From Alphaproteobacteria bacterium (GTDB lineage: Bacteria; Pseudomonadota; Alphaproteobacteria; MPNO01; UBA830), in contig OZ251539.1 of assembly GCA_965243135.1 (NCBI GenBank), positions 3,744,001-3,808,000 of the forward strand: a DNA stretch of 64,000 nt. The letters run 5' to 3'. Below are positions 61,742-64,000 of this stretch, piece by piece. The position numbers and the translations under genes are program-made. Each line of letters starts with the position of its first letter. Position 1 is the stretch's first letter. The notes beneath the pieces were generated by a model that was not told the origin of the DNA, did no database searches, and saw nothing but the letters and a program-made list of their open reading frames with translations.

Positions 61742-62090
61742 GGGAGCTAACTGAACTCGCGGTGGAAGGAATGCTCCCGACGGTTCCCCCCGAGCTCGCC
61801 GTGCCGCTCGTCTTGCCGCCGGCGACCGCCGTCAGCGCCTCGTCCTGGAGCGCCTGGTTCGGATCGGGAGGCATGGCCAGGTGGAAGGTGTCGTGGGTGT
61901 TGAGGACGACGTTCACGTCCACGTCCATCGGCACGTCGATCCCGTGCTTCTGCAGAACGTCCTTCGGATGCTCCTCGACCTCGCGCAGCCGATTCTCGTC
62001 GGCGTGGCAGGCGTCGGCGAGGTCCTGAAGAATGATGCCCTGCTGGCGAACGTATTGGAAGATGCCTTCCTGGTGAATATTGTCGTGCAT
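61683..62090 (-). CDS. NHLP-leader RiPP precursor P5
   Basis: FHLAMPPDPNQALQDEALTAVAGG; core KTSGTASSGGTVGSIPSTASSVSSLGCASSNAVETTRHPGWRN. Confidence 0.88.
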   Translation of the reverse strand: MHDNIHQEGIFQYVRQQGIILQDLADACHADENRLREVEEHPKDVLQKHGIDVPMDVDVNVVLNTHDTFHLAMPPDPNQALQDEALTAVAGGKTSGTASSGGTVGSIPSTASSVSSLGCASSNAVETTRHPGWRN

Positions 62091-62169
62091 GGTCGTCTCC
62101 CCTGCGATGTCCAGACTTCAGACGGACGCTCACGGTCCAAGACGCGGAATTCGTCCGCGAATCTTTAAG

Positions 62170-62211
62170 ATCATGCACAGCGGGGGGGGGGGGGGGGTAA
62201 ACCCTAATTTC
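62170..62211 (-). promoter_or_regulatory. P5 promoter with C16 tract
   Basis: Minus strand GAAATTAGGG TTTA C16 (G16 at 62182-97) GCTGTGCATGAT. Confidence 0.65.
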
Positions 62212-62536
62212 ACGCAGGCGTGGCGCGACTCGGCGGCGGTCACCCTGTTCCGCAGCTCGTAGGCCTGCGCCTTCGGTCGCGAGTCGCCAGATCGCCTCGC
62301 AAAAGCCGGAGAAGAATGCAGCGCAGACCGCAACCGTGGCGTAGGATATCCCTGCTTCGGCAGCATATTAGGGTTGCGACCGTTTATTCTTGCTGCGAAA
62401 TTGCCGGTTCGGCGATTCTGCCGGGCCGGCGCGACCGGACTTCCAGGCCGTTTCGTCGGCGCCGGACAACGCCCGGTCCGTTCGTCCGACGGGGAAGCGA
62501 CCGCAGCGGTGGACCCAAACCTTGGAGCGGCATTGA

Positions 62537-63331
62537 ATGTTCGGAATAAAGCAGACCCGGCTGTTCGAAGGACTTCGCGGCGCCATGGAGACGCACGCGC
62601 TCCAAGCCTTTCCGGGAGAGGCGTTCGGCGCGGTGTTCGGGAACCCGGATCGTCCCGCCTACCATCCCGTCGATCAGGTCGCGGACAACTCGCGCTTGGG
62701 TTTCCGGGTCGACAGGGCCGCGCTGCGCCGGCTGGAGGAGACTCACGGCGCCTTGCTGGCGGCGGTGCACACGCGCTCCGCGACCGGGGACGGGGACGCC
62801 GATCGGCTGCTGTTCATCCCGAGCGACGCGGAAATGCGCGCGCAGGCGGCCCTCGCGGTGCCCTTCGGCGTGGTGGTCTGCGACCGGTCGCGCTGCATCG
62901 ATCGTTTCTGGTTCGGGGATCAATGCCCGCCGCTGCCTCTGCTGAACCGGCCGTTCCGGCACGGGGTGACGGATTGCTATTCGCTCATCCGCGACTATTA
63001 CCGGCAGGAGCGGAACGTTCTGCTGCCCGACTACCCGCGAGACTGGAACTGGTGGGTGGAAGGTCTCGATCTCTACCGGGCGGGCTTCGAAGAGGCCGGG
63101 TTCCGGACCATCGACCCGGCGGACGCCGACGACGCGGACGCGGTCATGTTCCAGATGCGGTCAGACGTGCCGAATCACGCGGCCGTGCTGCTGGACGACG
63201 GGTATATGTTGCACCACCCAGCGGCGCTGCGGCCTTACGACCCTCTCCGAATGAGCCATCGCGAGCCGCTGGAGCGATGGAAGCGCCATGTCACGCACTG
63301 GGTGCGCTACGAAGGCAGTCAGAACCTGTAG
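62537..63331 (+). CDS. JAB/Mov34 + NlpC/P60 protein (phage tail gpK-like), copy 2
   Basis: Close paralog of 59835..60632 with the same motifs (VHTR, PSDAE, TDCYSL, PNHAAV, LHH). Confidence 0.82.
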   Translation: MFGIKQTRLFEGLRGAMETHALQAFPGEAFGAVFGNPDRPAYHPVDQVADNSRLGFRVDRAALRRLEETHGALLAAVHTRSATGDGDADRLLFIPSDAEMRAQAALAVPFGVVVCDRSRCIDRFWFGDQCPPLPLLNRPFRHGVTDCYSLIRDYYRQERNVLLPDYPRDWNWWVEGLDLYRAGFEEAGFRTIDPADADDADAVMFQMRSDVPNHAAVLLDDGYMLHHPAALRPYDPLRMSHREPLERWKRHVTHWVRYEGSQNL

Positions 63332-63960
63332 GCGATCCCGCCGAGGAAGGCATGGGCCTTCCCGCCGGTTTGGCCGAAATAGAGCCATTCCCCGCGCATG
63401 CGCCATCGTCCGTCCAAGGCAACATCCGCGCCCGCTCCCACGAGCGGCGCGACATCCTCGTCGTCAACAGTGAACTTGCCGCACGGTCCAAGTTGGTCCG
63501 TGACCTTCCTCTTCCAGTAGTACGCACCCAGCTTGACGAAGGGCGCCACCCTTCCCGCGTCCAGCGGCACCCGTCCCACGGCCGCGCCATAGACGGTCGA
63601 CACCGACTCCTCCTTTCGCGGATCGGTCACGGACTGGCCGTTAAAAGGAACGCACGGGAAATCTCCTCTCAGGATTTGTTCGAGCGCCTTATGCCTGATC
63701 CATCCCGCTTCGACCGCGAAGTGGCGCGAGAATTCGAAGCCTGCGTATGCAGTGTACATGAGGGCGTCGTCGTCTTGGCTGCATAAACCGCTGTCATTGC
63801 AGCTGTCGCTGAGATCTTCGAGGTAGCTGAACAACGCATGACCTGCCGAGACGCCGACATACGCGCCCGTCGGCGAACTCTCGTCGCCACGGGCCGAGTT
63901 CGCCAAACCAAGCGCCAACAGCGCTGCCGCAGCGGTTCCGACGAATGCGTTCGCTTTCAT
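63319..63960 (-). CDS. Outer-membrane beta-barrel protein (OmpA-like TM domain)
   Basis: Signal peptide, YVGVSAG, FAVEAG, VGAG, C-terminal GIAYRF. Confidence 0.8.
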   Translation of the reverse strand: MKANAFVGTAAAALLALGLANSARGDESSPTGAYVGVSAGHALFSYLEDLSDSCNDSGLCSQDDDALMYTAYAGFEFSRHFAVEAGWIRHKALEQILRGDFPCVPFNGQSVTDPRKEESVSTVYGAAVGRVPLDAGRVAPFVKLGAYYWKRKVTDQLGPCGKFTVDDEDVAPLVGAGADVALDGRWRMRGEWLYFGQTGGKAHAFLGGIAYRF

Positions 63961-64000
63961 TGTATCTCCTTCCCGTGAATACCTACGACCATGGAGTTTG

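Noticed and set aside
59835-63331. Prophage or gene transfer agent
   Set aside because: No other tail, capsid or integrase gene in the window; the copies are divergent
1-64000. CRISPR array, rRNA or tRNA genes
   Set aside because: No regularly spaced repeat-spacer series or RNA gene motifs seen; the 29-bp repeat at 61.6 kb has only two copies and is precursor-derived

Overview
High-GC alphaproteobacterial chromosome segment, probably Rhodospirillales-like (inferred from gene order and protein families). 1-18 kb is housekeeping and metabolic: ftsK, lolA, DUF4175, lysA, a small lipoprotein, argH, tlpA, pyrD, sufE, aminotransferase, arylsulfotransferase-like, VOC, NIPSNAP, PrpF, tcuA, sixA. 18-24.5 kb is a small defence-like island (AAA/PD-(D/E)XK, AbiE pair, AAA ATPase with a broken partner, IS remnant). 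24.5-30.8 kb holds znuA, hydrolases and an IS4 element. The main feature (30.8-63.3 kb) is a hybrid NHLP-leader (proteusin-type) RiPP locus. It has five intact precursors with Ser/Thr/Gly/Ala tripeptide-periodic cores plus one chimeric pseudo-precursor. Modifying enzymes are a fused E1/YcaO cyclodehydratase, a SagB-type dehydrogenase, a LanM-like dehydratase with a degenerate cyclase, a PoyD/OspD-type radical SAM epimerase and three different Fe(II)/2OG-type oxygenases. It also encodes NHLP export (HlyD, C39-ABC, second ABC, TolC), two orphan phage-gpK-like JAB/NlpC-P60 proteins and a divergent sensor/HAMP-MFS/binding protein/PP2C module. The precursor and transporter promoters carry poly-C tracts in the apparent -35/-10 spacer; the precursor ones follow a shared GAAATTAGGGTT motif. 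This suggests phase-variable expression. All family calls come from motif recognition by eye; no searches were run.
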